A stretch of DNA of 64,000 bases from Takakia lepidozioides (Eukaryota > Plantae > Bryophyta), in NCBI GenBank assembly GCA_030704615.1, contig CM060733.1:57908001-57972000 (forward strand), read 5' to 3'. The position numbers and the translations under genes are program-made. Below the pieces are notes generated by a model. It saw only the letters and a program-made list of their open reading frames with translations, had not been told where the DNA came from and did no database searches. Shown here piece after piece: positions 25,640-39,495 of this stretch. The number at the start of each line of letters is the position of its first letter. The first letter of the stretch is position 1.

Positions 25640-26208
25640 GTTCTGAGAGTCGTCTGCTGGTGAAATCCTCCAGCAAGATAAGCATATTTTCCTGCATTTG
25701 CTAACTTACAAAGACATCGATCATGAATCATTCTTGGCGCTGAAGACTATTCATGGATTTCTAGATCATACCTCCATACCATGTAATCTCTAGAGTATTG
25801 TCCGCAAACCAAAAGCTGAGTTCTTGTAACTGCCGACTCTTTGTCAGAAACTTCAAAGGTATAATCCACAGGGCAGCCTGGCAGACAACGCCAACGCCAA
25901 CGCCAACACGTACTAACGGAATCAAACGCCCACCACTTTCGTGTACTTATGTGAGGCTGTACATTGTGTGCAGGACCAGCCAACATGTAAACCCATTCCT
26001 CCTTGATCTTTACCCGTTTGTGAGTCTCAAGGACGTCGATGCGGCCTTCGTCATCAACCACCGCTAGCGCATTCTGCCATTCCTTACAACCACCTGTCAA
26101 CGGTAAATAATAAGATTGAGGCACCCGTGCAACGCATTCTAGTGTCACATGGTCTGTCAATCCCGGAATCAAGGAGTTGTCCTTCGATTGGTCCTCTGTC
26201 TTTGCCAT
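25640..26208 (-). pseudogene. F-box/Kelch-repeat gene fragment (SKIP11-like)
   Basis: LIPGL..TLECVARVP (F-box)..EEWVY..WWAFD..SDKES..LLVCG..VWRYD, an in-frame TAG, then RC..AGKYAYLAGG (Kelch). Decays after the first repeats. Confidence 0.8.
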
Positions 26209-28459
26209 TGCTAGAATTCTATTTTATTTATGATTTCTTAATATGATTTCATACTAAACTTCATAAAATATATACTAATGTACATCAAATGTGCTATTCT
26301 AAATTATGATCCGAAAAAAGTGATCGACATCCTTTTTTCGGGTTCTTCATGGCACGCCTGTGAAGAAGGGAGTGGCTGCAAAAGGAGATTCTCTCAGTGT
26401 TAGAAAGGAGCTTGAGGAGCAGGGTCACATGCGCCATCTATGGGCCGAACAAAATGGTGTGGACCCAAAGGGTGTTGTACGGTGGAAGTATAGGTGCGCA
26501 CCTTGGCAATGGACAAAGGAGGAATACAAGAAAGTGATAGCCACCATAAGTGTTGTCCGAACACCAACTGGTTATGGGTCATCCCTCCGTATGAAGTTCA
26601 GCGAAGAAGACGGGGTCCATGGTTTGAAGCCTCATGACTACCACAATCTATTGCAAGACATCTTGCCCATTGCAGTACGTGGGACATTGACTCCCGAGGT
26701 TCGTGAGACAATCTATAGATTGGGAGGCTTGTTCTGGTGGATTTGCTCAAAAGAGTTGGAAGAAGCAGATTTTCCACGCATGAAGAAGGAGGCGGCGGAG
26801 GTAATGTATATGTTGGAGATGCACCTTCCTCCCTCTTTCTTTGACATCCAAATGCATTTGGTAGTGCACTTAGTGGAAGAGGCTTCGATTGCTGGCCCCG
26901 TTCATTCTCGGTGGATGTACTTCCTTGAGCGTTATATGAAAAAGGATTTGTAAGACAAATGGCGCACCCGGAGGGTAGCATGGCGGAGGGGTATACGTTG
27001 CAAGAAGCTATGTTCTATTGCACGGAGTACATGGCAAGGGTGGATATGGAAGGAAGAGGAGGATGCACGAACCAAGGACATCGTTTTACCCAAAAAATTG
27101 AAGAGGGTAAAATTGTCGACCTTGGTGATTGAGCAAGCGCATGACTTTATACCGAAGAACACCCCATCCATACATGAGTGAGAGACAAAGATACAATAAT
27201 CTTGTTCAGCAACAAGAGGAGGAGACGTTTGCATGGAGGCGGAACCATCTAAGGCCGGTTACTAGACGCCCACGACAAGGAGCGAGCCGCCGGAATGTTC
27301 CTTCACAAAAATTGCCCATGGAATTGCAGCCTCTAAGTTCATTCCAACAGTGGCTTTGGACTACAGTTTATGACGTCGTTGCTCAAGGAGAGGTGGTTTC
27401 AGATTTGGTGCAAGACATTGCAAGGGGCCCCTCTCAATTCGCGACCTCATACACGACAGTTTGGGTTCACGGTCGTCATTTTCGCATTCGTGCTCTTGAC
27501 ATGAAGCGCAAAAAACAACCTTTGATTCTGGCTTGTGTGCCATATATTGGCAAGACTCCATGTGGGGCAAGGGAGATACACGACCTGCTATGAGCAAACT
27601 TGAGTACATTGGAGAGCTTGAGAGCATACTCCAACTTCAGTATACAAGGTATCGACCTCTTCTCTTCAAGGGAAGGTGGTTCCAGCCACATCTTGTGGGG
27701 CCTCCGCAACACTAGTGCAAGATGATTGTGGTTTCATGCGCGTCAATGCAGATAGGCTCAACCCTACTCATCGTCCCTCCGATGAGCCTTATTCACGGCC
27801 TTCAGACATGGAGCAAGTTTTCTTCTCCGATGACAAAACAAGAGGGGGAATTGGAAAGTGGTTATGCATGCTCAGCCAAGATGAAGACGTATCTATCATG
27901 GTCTCGGATCTCCATGGGGTGAGGCAATTGCGGTGGACTGAGAGACTGGTCATAATGATGCTGATGATGGAGGTTGGGTAGAGGGGGTAGAAGAGGATGA
28001 TGACGCCCCGGACAATGCATCCTGGACCCTATATGATGAAGCTCTAGAAGATATGGATGTTGGAGAAGGAGACGAAGACACGGCCATTGACAACGAGGTA
28101 GAGGATGATTCGGCGGTGCCTTTTGAGGGCCAGGCCATTTATGACGATGACTCCGATGACCAAGAAGACTTGCAGCTTGATGAGGATGAAGAGGCTCCGG
28201 ATGATGATGATGTTGAGGTTGATTAGACACAAAATCAAAGCTACATAACAATTCTCGCACCGAACTGGACCCATCCCTTCGATTGATTGTACATGTACAT
28301 ACATATTGTACTTTATTTCTATGATTGATCAAATATGGCTGTGGCTGGTAGTCTTTCAAGAAAGAAGACAGAGGCAATGAATATGTTGGAGCAACACATA
28401 CAGATGTGGTATCAAGAGAATTATCAAAATGAATGTCTGGCTCTGCAACGTCACTAAAT

Positions 28460-28908
28460 ATTATCCATATATTGAATGCCAAATACAAAATACCATTGTT
28501 CATACCCTCGGGCCCCCAAGCAGACTACAAATACTGTCAAGCAGTTATTACCACATGCAGGTAGCTCTGTGTCTATAACTGAGACAACACCCCCTCCCAA
28601 GCAACTGCCCTGCTACGACACACATCAGTTCTGTAGGCCACAGATTCCTTATATCCAAGGGTACCTCACATTACAACACAACCAATGTGAACTAACCCCT
28701 CCTGCAACACTTAAAATAAGTACCTACCCTCTGAGGAAAAACCAAGAAGGCAGCTTGGTCTTGGCCATGCTGATGCTAACCATCACACACTGCCCCCTCA
28801 TGTCCATTTCCAAAATCTATCCATATACACACTGCCGCCACAGTTTGACATTCAACAAGAGTTCATACCAAATAAAATAGGGCACTGAATATTGCTCATG
28901 CGCTGCAA

Positions 28909-28944
<36 letters not shown>

Positions 28945-31900
28945 AATACACAGATCCAAGTTAATTCCACTATACTATGCCCGACACCAAAGTATCCAGC
29001 AAGATCCCCCTTACTATTCACCCTGACTAGCACCTCCGACTACACAGCGCTAGCAAAACCTAGCCACATTATATCTAACACTAGCCCGCAGGGTCTTGGC
29101 AAGCCATAACACAAGCAGCTATGCTCACCAAAACTCTGCCCCCGAGATAACATCGCTACCATCCCTCACAGACCCATGCTGGCTATAAGTATCATTCCAC
29201 CCTTACTGAACACAGAGAGCTATTTATGGCTGTATAATATAAACGCTACATACCCTGCTTCACGCTGCACGAGGCAGTCAAGGACATTAAAAGTTACAAC
29301 CACATAAAGCACCCCACAACAATCAGCTTGTATACTTATGCTCCACACCCTCACCATTCTCAAAACTCATTCCTGAATACCAAACCACCACAAAGTGTCA
29401 AGCAGCAGATACTAACACCAATTAAATTATGGCCTCACACTACCACTAAACACCCCCCAAACTGCTCGACTCAAATAAATATCACCAAATTGCTCACATC
29501 CTATCATTATCTCCCTCTATGCTATAAAAGAAATTTAGTGCAAGGCACTCTAGTGACAAATAAAAATGTGCAACCAATGAACATCAAAAACCAATATGGC
29601 TAGCAATCATACACACGCCAAACATTCGCAATTGCCCCACTGTAATAGAAAACAAATGCCCCCACAGCTCCATAAAATTGTTAAGACTGAACCTGTGGGT
29701 CAGCTAACCTCTCACCCTTACACTACACACAGGTTTTTGGCACGCACTATTACTACCAAAATCAAGCACATAACAATCCAACTGCTAAACCTTTGCCCAA
29801 AAATATTTGGGCACATATTAAAGCAGCCAGATCCACATGGACAGCCTTACTGTGAGTTACATCTGATACCTAATCCATGCATTGCCCCACAAGAGACTGC
29901 CCGCATAATCACCACCTCATACAATCCTTGGCTACAGAATAAAGCATCTAGCTCCCCTCAGCAAACCAACCTCATCATACAAGCAAATGCCTATATACCC
30001 CCTATGTCCAAAATCTACACATACATGAATACGCCCTTATCAAGTATCCAATCAATTAACACCAAAGCCTATAAACACACGAAAGTCAATTTCTCCTTTG
30101 TAACAGAGCCCATGAACAGTCTACTCGGCATATTGGCTTACCCCCACCAGCATTATAGACTCCACAAGCTCGCACCTGCCATCCCACACCCCCCAAACAT
30201 GCACCTATTCCCCACCACTACCGTAAAAACTCAAAAAGTATACTACTGCCAACCCCCTCCAAAAATGCTGAATTCCACTCATTTTGAATCACATCAATAC
30301 TACCATCATACTGTGACTCGTCCTCCCGTAGCATTGGGCCACTGGACCCACATAACCAAAACCCCTGCCCACAACGATCTGATCTCTTCTTCCAACCTCT
30401 CTACATCAATATCACAAACCTATGACCAGCCCCTTAAAATACCCCAAACAGACATACACATTGACCAACCATCGCTGCAAGGATTGCAAATATGTAGAAT
30501 TACTTTACACGTTGACCAACCACAAATCATACTAAAAAAACAACCAAGATACAGAAAACACGAGCTTGCCATACTCGTCTACCATCAAGAAAATACCAGC
30601 AACCCTGGTACAAGCCACGCTCACATATATCCTACCGCTGGGCCATTACAGAGGCTTCTGTCAGCAGGGAAATGGCCCAAAATACAACGTACACATTTGT
30701 CCCGCTGGTGCTCACAAGGATATTATACTATGCATGCCACAAAGAATAGATACGACGTACAAGCTGCTCACAAGGCTGGATATCAGCCTATATTCTCATT
30801 CAAATTCGCTCTCTCACAAGCAAATTAGAAAGGCCGTCCACTGTAGTTGCCACTCATGCCCCACATTCAGATTGCACCCCCCCACCAGATGGCTTCACAG
30901 AAATCAATCGGTCTCCTTAACAGCCCATCACATTATATGCTCTGGCCATGCCAATAGCCCACGATACATAAACCAAGCTGCGAGCCCTGGCTATTTCTCA
31001 ACTACCACGGTACAAGGCAAGTCCTTCAAACGAACCCACAGGATCACAACTCTTGCGCTTGACCTGCGACACATACATAAGCCCTGTGGCACGAATCCTC
31101 GAAACACACTACATATACACTTGGTTACGCATATGCCTCTCTTCCCAATGTGCTATGCGCATGATCAGAAATGGTACATCTATCGTGCTCAATCGTTTGA
31201 TATGCCGAGATTCCCATGTGAATGCCCTCTAACACTCCCCCTTCCTCTGCAGCCCAACACACAGGTGAGCACAGACGGAAGAAGCCACACACTCAGCAAA
31301 CAGTCCCCGCGTAAATTAAAAACAAAATGATTATAAATATAAATATAAATGTAATATCACGTTTTTTACGCTCTATGAACCCCTCCCCGCTGGCAAATGA
31401 CCACACCCCGCTCAAATCACACTTTACACTTCATAATTACTCTACACCATGCCTCAAACGCCTTATATACACAACTACACTCACACTAACTGTACCTAGT
31501 AAATATAATTTAGCCTCAAATTATAACCCCCTATATCTGCTGCCACCATTTAATTGCTACAGAATCACCCAGCTAAGCTATTCAGAACAGCCCCTTTACA
31601 ATAGTCTAAAAACGCCACCAAATATCGTTTGGCCGTCAAAATTAATGCAAACCATTGCTCGCCCAACACTATTAATAACTGCGTCTTCCACCAACTACAC
31701 CATACTCAATGTATCACAAATGCCAAAAAATATCCATTCACTTAGAGCCACACACCCATCAATACAACATCGAAACCTTTCTACAACGCTTTTTAGTAAT
31801 CGCCCTCCACACATATACGAACATCCACCTTCACAATAGTCTAAAAACACTAGATCCTCACCCCAATATTCCTCCACAACCTCTCTTGCTATCTGAGCCA

Positions 31901-34900
31901 ATCCCACATCTCTCCCACTCCTCATTGCCATGCCAATCCTTTAACTACACCATCGGTGCAACATCCTACGATAATTTCCATCATAGACATGGCATTTGGG
32001 GGAGACCGAGGACAACATACAATCACCGTCAAAGAAAAACATTCCACAAACATATTTATTTTTTATTCAACAAGCCACAACAAATCCCACAAATACCCTC
32101 AGGCAGACTGTATTATGCTCCAAAAATCTCCAAACAAGCTAGACGCAAAACTGCAAAAATGGATGCACATCCACAAACACGCGCAACTTCATCTAATGCT
32201 CATGCGATGTGGGGACATCTACCAGAACCCGGGCCCCTGAAACAACCACCATCATACCCAACAGAACACACATAATCCAATACAAACTGTTGTAAATCAT
32301 CTCCCTAAGGCGGCAAAAGCTAGGTACACTTTATACTTTTATCCCGACACAATCTCTCTAAAATTGGAGTACATTCATCTACACAACCTTTTCAATCCAT
32401 ATCTACCCAAAACCACTTATGTTTTGGATCCGGACGCCCTAGAAGCGCCGCCATATGGTATAACCACCTCTGAGTACCCAATCCTTGCCCATAATAGCTA
32501 CAAACTGCGATCCCACTCTATAGATCATGTACTATTTGTATACATTATTTGTATATCTCCAAAGCCTAAATCTTGTAATATCATGTTATCCGAAAGCTTG
32601 GAGACCCGAATAATAACCACGCTAACAAAACTCCAAGGGTTACCACATAACTCCTCCCACTACAAAGCCCAACTGCACCCACTCAATTTTGTTCAAGATT
32701 CCCTTCACCTTCTTCAAGCCCCACCGGGCCATATACACCAGCTACTTACGACATATATCAAATCTCTACCTCCAACAGTCCACCCTACTATTCAGGATAT
32801 TTCTACAGCATTTCCTTTCATCTCGCATGACATTTTATCTGCCACGCTAAATACCCTTACATATCTACCCGATTACCAAACGACCAACCACACACCACAG
32901 TGTGACAATGCAGTGCCCACTGTACACCAACCTACACCACCGCCACTCTCTTATACCCCAGACAACCCACAAGACAACCTTATAGACCAACCCTTAATAT
33001 GCCTTACGTGGAATGTGGGATCCATTGCCTCCAGCTTGCCAACCCTTTCACTTATTCTTCAAAACTCAAACCCTCCCCATATTATTCTACTCCAAGAAAC
33101 CAATCTCAACTCACACTCGCCCAACACATATATCAACAAAATACTGCTTGACCACCACATCATCTATGGGAGCCCCCCATCGCCAGGAAAATATAATAGA
33201 CGACGCTCACTACCATATCAGCCGGCTCGTGGAGGCCTAGCCATTGGTATACATAAATCCATGCACTCACGAGAAACAACTACAAATGCCCACATCCCTA
33301 CGCACCTTAAAACTCACCTCCAAATTGTTGAGATTCACCTCAGCCCTTATCCAAAACTACTTATCATTCATTTATATATGCCCTCACACCCGGACGATAT
33401 AGCCCTTACCCCCAATATTCTACAACAAATTGTGAGCTTTGCTAACAACCCACTCCATTCCTTATCCGCAATCCTCCTTGCAGGTGACTTCAACAGAGAC
33501 TTATCTATGCTGGGCAGATTACATGACGGTGTACATTTCCCTCCCTCTCCAAAAGACATACAATGGACAACCTTTACCCAAACGCATGGATTCCAATACA
33601 TCACTACAAACCAGGCTTTCTCTAGGCAAGGAGGACTAAACTATACCTCGCATAGCCTCATTGATGGGTACTACCTCAAAATGCCTAGAAATAATCCCAC
33701 ACAGCTGTATAGTACAATCCTGTATGATCCCATATATAACTCTGACCATTACCCAGTTATTCTCCGCATCCCCGCGCATATAGTACCTATAGGTCCAGTC
33801 CTAAATGGCCCCTCGCTAGACACAAGGCCACGTATTCCCACTCCTATTCCCCCCTCCTCTATTCTGGCATTCCAAACCAAGTTTCAATCCATTTCCGGTA
33901 CAGTTATATCTGATTTTGAAACAATACTAGATCGATATTCAGCAAACCCCACCCTTCAAATTTGGGAAGATGCAAGCTCCAAGCTAGAACAAATATTCAC
34001 TCAAATTACAGAATCCACGCTACATACATGCACAAAGTTCCCCGATCCAGTACAAACTGAACGATAAAAAATAAACGGAGGATACTTGACAAGAACACAA
34101 CAGAGAAAATGGCAAACACAATTAATAATCCACCACAAAATCCGCAAAGCATTACAATCCTCTCATCTGACCCACGAGACCCCCAATGGAGAAATACCCC
34201 ATCTATTGTAGACCTAAACACAATAGTAGCTTGCAGCACAGATTTCCCGATACCCCAAAATGATGCAAACATACATACATGGCTCATATCTCTATCCCGA
34301 ATTGGTCGAGATGAAAAAAAAACACTTACAATATCACCAAACAACAATCCAAAGACAACCAGAAGAAATTTGTTCAATCATATTGTAAGATGCTACAAGA
34401 CAAGCCTCGCCTCATATATAAATCAATCTTCAACCCTTCCCCCTCTCTTCTTTTGGATGCGATATGAGACAACGCAGGAACTCTACACACATCTCCAGCC
34501 TCTATCAATAAAATCGTCTTCCAGCAAGCTAAGACCACATACCAACCACAAGCACATGCATGTTTCCAGCCATCGCATCACATACAACACTGTGCATGCC
34601 AAGCCAGACATTATCATTGGCATGATATGGACGGATTTAAACTCGAGCGAAGGGGACCCTTACAACTCGACCTAAGCGCTTACCTCACCCCAGAGGTCTA
34701 TCATTCATGCCTCAAATCTCTTTCCAACTCCAAAGCGCCAGGCCCAGACAACATACCTAATGAAATACTCAAGGCATTGGACCCACACTTCCATCGATTA
34801 ATTCATCGCTTCTTTGTGATGTGCTATCAGCTCCATAGAATTCCCAAAGGCTGGAAAAACAATCGTACAATACTAATTTACAAAAAAGATGACCCTACCC

Positions 34901-37900
34901 AATTAGGCAACTACAGACCTATAGCTCTTGCTAACACCCTTTACAAGCTATTTACTAGCACGTTGACCACCCTTCTCACATCCTTCGGAGAACAACATCA
35001 TATTCTTAGTGACTCGCAAGAGGGATTTTGAACTGCCAGAAGCACAAGCCGGCAAATCCAACTCATTATTTCGGCCTTAGAAGATGCACGTTTTACTCAA
35101 CAAGACATATTTTTGCTATACATTGACTTTAAAAATGCATTTGGCTCAATTGACCATGCGCGTCTACTAGCCGTCATGATTGATCTAGGATACCCGTAAG
35201 ACGCAGTCATGCTCATTGACAATATTTATATTGAAGCCACCACCACATACTTCGGGCCTTCATTTGGCAATACATCACCTATACCAATTCACAGAGGTAC
35301 CATACAAGGGGACACACTTAGCCCATATATTTTTATTGTCTTTCTAGAACCCCTACTTCACTGGCTCGCTTGAGGTAACATAGGATACCAATATATTACG
35401 TCTCCCAATAACATCCCAGCAGTTGCCTATGCAGATGATCTTGTACTACTATCCAACAAATCCAGTCATTTCAATCGACAAGTGAAAAAACTAGAAAGAT
35501 TCAATAAATGGGCAACAATGGAACTAAGTTTACATAAATGTGCTATCACGGCGATCAGCCATCATACCAAACACAACACACAAGCCCTCTCAAGAATACT
35601 AAATAACATGGTGCTATATAATACCCAACCCTTCCCATATTTGGACCAAGACGACCCATATACATATTTGGGTATACAATTGACACCATCTCTTAAGTGG
35701 AGTGCTCAAAAAGACATAACCCAGAAAAAACTCATCTCATAAGCATCTGTCTTATTGAACTCGCCAGCCACAATGCGTCATAAATTATTTATTCTCGACA
35801 CAGTACTCAGAACTTCTATAGAATATCCTTTTCATGCAGCACCATTCTCTATCCCAGACATAAACGCACTGGATAGAATCATTATACGTTTATCGAAACA
35901 AATATGTGGACTCCCAAATAGCACCCCCAATGCACTAGTGCAGTTATCCAGGAGCCTCTATGGTATCGGTACTACAACTTTAGCTGAGGCCTACGCTAGA
36001 ACGTTGGGAACGCAGCTGCAAGAAGCTCTAAACGATGTTGGTAAACTGGGGAATATTTATCAAGAACTCCTTAAGCATGTTGCCTCGAAATTTGGTGGCT
36101 TAGCAAATTTACCGGCTATCAACCCCATTGCATGCACCCACTCCCATCACCAGACCCTCTTCATACTCAAACATATGCACATTACTCTGGACACTACTAT
36201 GCCCACAATCCAACTTCATTACACATCCCTAGAAAATGCTTGGGACACAAGCCCACAAATTCATCTCTTCAACCCAGACAACATACCTCGTAAACAAACC
36301 TCTGTAAAATTCTTTATGCAATTTAACATCACCACAGTCAGACAACTTACAGATGCTAATGGCACCAAACTTATTGACCCACATGCTTTTCGACTAAAAT
36401 ACCCTAAACCATCATCGCGCTCCCAACATGTTCATTTGCAACACCTCCAAACACTACTATGTTTTCCCACTCCTGCTTGTCTAACCCACACATATCCTTG
36501 ACAATGTAACTCTTCGCCCCATCACCCATGGGAGCTACTCCCTCGCTATTCATCGAAAAAGCAAATCCAATCACTATTCCATGGCTTCGCCCTAAACCCA
36601 ACAAGCGTCCACCCCACACAACCAGCTCAAACACCCAGCCACCACAACCAAATACTATATCGTCCCCACTTGCTATTCAACCCACAGGACACCCCGTAAC
36701 ACCCGCCCACACATTAGAGGAAATACAAGGCATAACTCAAAACATGTCCTTGGATCAATATGAAGCCACATGTGTCAAAACTCTATACAATTGTCAATGG
36801 AAGAGATCAGCCCCCAAACGTAACACCTGGGAAAACAATGACCAACTTTTTAGCATCCATGGTAACCCAAATCTACACCATAATATTCAAATGGTTACCG
36901 AATACCACCGATGAACCAACACCCACTACTTATCGCATATTCATACCCAACATGCGGATGAACCACAAGCCAACGATAGACGTTTCATCAGCCCGCCACG
37001 AAGTATCCCAAATCTACACATCTCTATAGCTGAATGTAACCCAGATAAAGACATCATGAAGTCCCAGGCCCACATTCACACTCACAATAACTTGGCATAC
37101 ATATATGGACCACTAGGGTATTACATTGGTAACATAACACTCCAAAGATTGGAGTGGTTATGGATTCAAAAGATTTCATTCCAACCCACTCCACCTCACA
37201 AACCTGCATACACCATCAGCATTTGCAGTACAAGTCTCCAGACTCATCCAACGCTACGCTCAAGACCTACCGCCCAAAACACCCACGACAACAAACAAAC
37301 TTTCACTTGCACACTCCCACTCGACCCTCCCCACACTCCTTCTAGACTTCCTCACCACGGAGCTGCAATTCACCCACTCATACTACTCTAACCCTCTCAC
37401 ATGCCCATTGGGTTTATCTACTTACTCGAGCTTACACAACATTGATCAGCACTTTGGATCCCTGGGGGCTGCAAGGTCCCACCAATGGCAAAGGCGAGGG
37501 TTTGCAACACCCCCTAATGTCGTCTTTGCCAGTGAAGCGCTTCATTGGGCGCGCATTGCTGCACATATGTCACCAGAATCATTCACCATTATTTGGTCAC
37601 ACAGCCACGGTTCACCCGCCTACCAAATTCCCAACAAATATCCCCGAAACAATCCGGACAAGCCATGGAGACATGTGACCCCTAGGCCTCTTTGGGCAGC
37701 GAGACCAAAAACCTTTGCTATACCACTCCCAGATTTCACGGAACCCACAACCTTAAAATTCCAACCACAGAATTGCATATATACTGATGGCTCTTTAAAA
37801 GATGCCCAAGCGGGTTATGGTATATATTTGGTTGGCACCAATACCAAAATATATAGCTGTCTCCCTGGTTGCCAGAATATCCTACGAGCGGAGCTTATGG

Positions 37901-38890
37901 CTATACATGATGTTCTCAAGTCTCTCCCCTACCAACCTACTTCAACATACTATTTACTTACAGACAACTTGGTCTCCCTATACCTTCTCACCAACCAAAT
38001 TTGCATGCCATCATCACAGATTCACCATCATGATATTACACTTATAAAAGGAATCGTCGATGTTGTATCATCTTTACCGCTGCAAATCCATATACACAAA
38101 GTTCGATCTCACACAGACATAATAGGTAATGATATAGCAGACCATCTTGCCCAACTTGGTGCTATTCAGCCAATCATCAACCCCTCGGCCAGCCCTATCC
38201 ACCGGTTGCACACATACCCGTTTTGGCTCATATCAACAAGGGCTAGATTCCCAACCATAGCACCTATACGGAATTTGCACACACACATTCAAGGCGAGAC
38301 CAAACTACTCATAAAAGAATCTCGCACCTACAGAAATTCGTACATATCTAAGTGGGTCTCGTCCCCACACCTGCTACATAGTATGTCCAATCATTTTTGG
38401 ACATCCCTTAGGGTTACCTATGCACAAATCAAACAAACTTTGAAATTTTGGTATGGTCAATACAGGGGCAATCAACGACAGAACTTGTTCTGGCCATTAT
38501 TATACCCCAATAAACACTGCGTGTTATGTTCATCCCAAAATCCCCAAATAGATACATGGCCACACTTACTTCTCTACCGCAACCATTCCATAATACATGG
38601 GTTGCGGGTAACCAGACATAACCAAGGGGTTAGACAACTCCACAAATTCTCACTTCACATCCGAAATCCAGATGGTTTAACCTCATCAATGCAGGCACAT
38701 TCCAAGGTCGCCCACCGGACCACACCATATCCCCATGGCTGCTACCGTGTATATGCTCTCAAGGACGCCCGTGCCTTTGTCTAGCAAGACTATGTCCTGA
38801 TATTTTGCTAGTCCAGGGACTTCTTATACAGGCATTGCCACCGACAAAACCGCTTCCATCTCTCAAAATATATTTTTTGGAATTTGCATT
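28460..38890 (+). mobile_element. Dualen/RandI-type LINE (APE + RT + RNase H + CCHC + RLE), decayed, 3' truncated; 5' boundary approximate
   Basis: C/A-rich leader. APE: LTWNV..LLQET..GGL..AGDFN..SDHYPV (33000-33770). RT: KAPGPD..NYRPIAL..DFKNAF..QGDTLSP..YADDL..YLG (34700-35700). RNase H: YTDGS..RAEL..TDN..KVRSH..GNDIAD (37775-38160). CVLC..H..RHN (38518-38622). PDILLV..LEF (38796-38885). Confidence 0.85.
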
Positions 38891-39495
38891 CTGATACACT
38901 GTCCGGGGTTCTCTCACCAAAGAGACGCTCTCTTCAAATCTATCAAGGGAATTGTGCCCCACGGATGTGAGCCGAGTTCGAGCTTTTATGGGGTTGACAA
39001 ACTATTATAGACGGTTTGTCAAGGGATTTAGTGCCATGCACGTACCCTGTCACACACCATGCATCTAGCCACGAAGTGTTACACCTCTGTATGCATACCA
39101 CGCCACCAATACTGCCCCTGCAGTAAACTGTGAGTGCGTCGCACTCCAAAATGCCCCAACTCCTCATGGGCATGCCGCACTAACTGTGCACACTGTACAC
39201 AACCGAATCCTCATGTATATCTTTGGTACCACCTGGCTCATCACTAGCCTCAGGGTCCTCAGACACTCCGTTTACACTCATCCTTGTTGTAGGTCCAACC
39301 TGACCTCCCGATGCCAAGATACACAAAAAGGCAGATCATTGTCATCCCGGCACCATCTCCTCATCCGTCTCACCATGCCACCGAGCTTCAGTGTCATCCT
39401 GCTGGCTCGTGCATGGATTGCAACTCAATCCATCCGCATCCCGATTGACCAAATCCGGTCGATGCACAACCTAAAAGTCATACTCGTAATGCTAA
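38890..39495. mobile_element. Patchwork of short TE fragments
   Basis: 38890-38955 matches the LINE fragment at 15370-15435. 38955-39035 (+) matches Gypsy RT 57660-57740. 39045-39490 (-) matches Gypsy RNase H/integrase at about 58060-58650. Confidence 0.8.

Larger units (their letters stand above)
21770..28225 (+). pseudogene. CACTA TnpD transposase (Transposase_21, DUF4218 and DUF4216-like regions), intron-containing, frameshifted and interrupted
   Basis: TPLYE..HACPCD..KCPKC..KVPRK (22030-22380); LLWTMHDYPG (about 22890); SIFYELPYW (about 23310); HLLDPMHIEKN (about 23480); GLKPHDYH..FFDIQMHLVVHL..GPVHSRWMYFLERYM (26360-26950); LFKGRWF..DEPY..QVFF (27650-27830); acidic tail. Confidence 0.9.
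18423..28260 (+). mobile_element. CACTA (En/Spm) transposon, degenerate, right end not seen
   Basis: Starts CACTTAGGGAAAA followed by TGCGAC subterminal repeats (to about 18700). Contains a CxC..C transposase-associated-like exon (19339-19483), a SET ORF and TnpD exons. Confidence 0.8.

Noticed and set aside
29596-31839. Long ORFs (410, 254, 170 aa) as real genes
   Set aside because: H/T/P/Q-rich products expected from the C/A-skewed LINE leader; no motifs.
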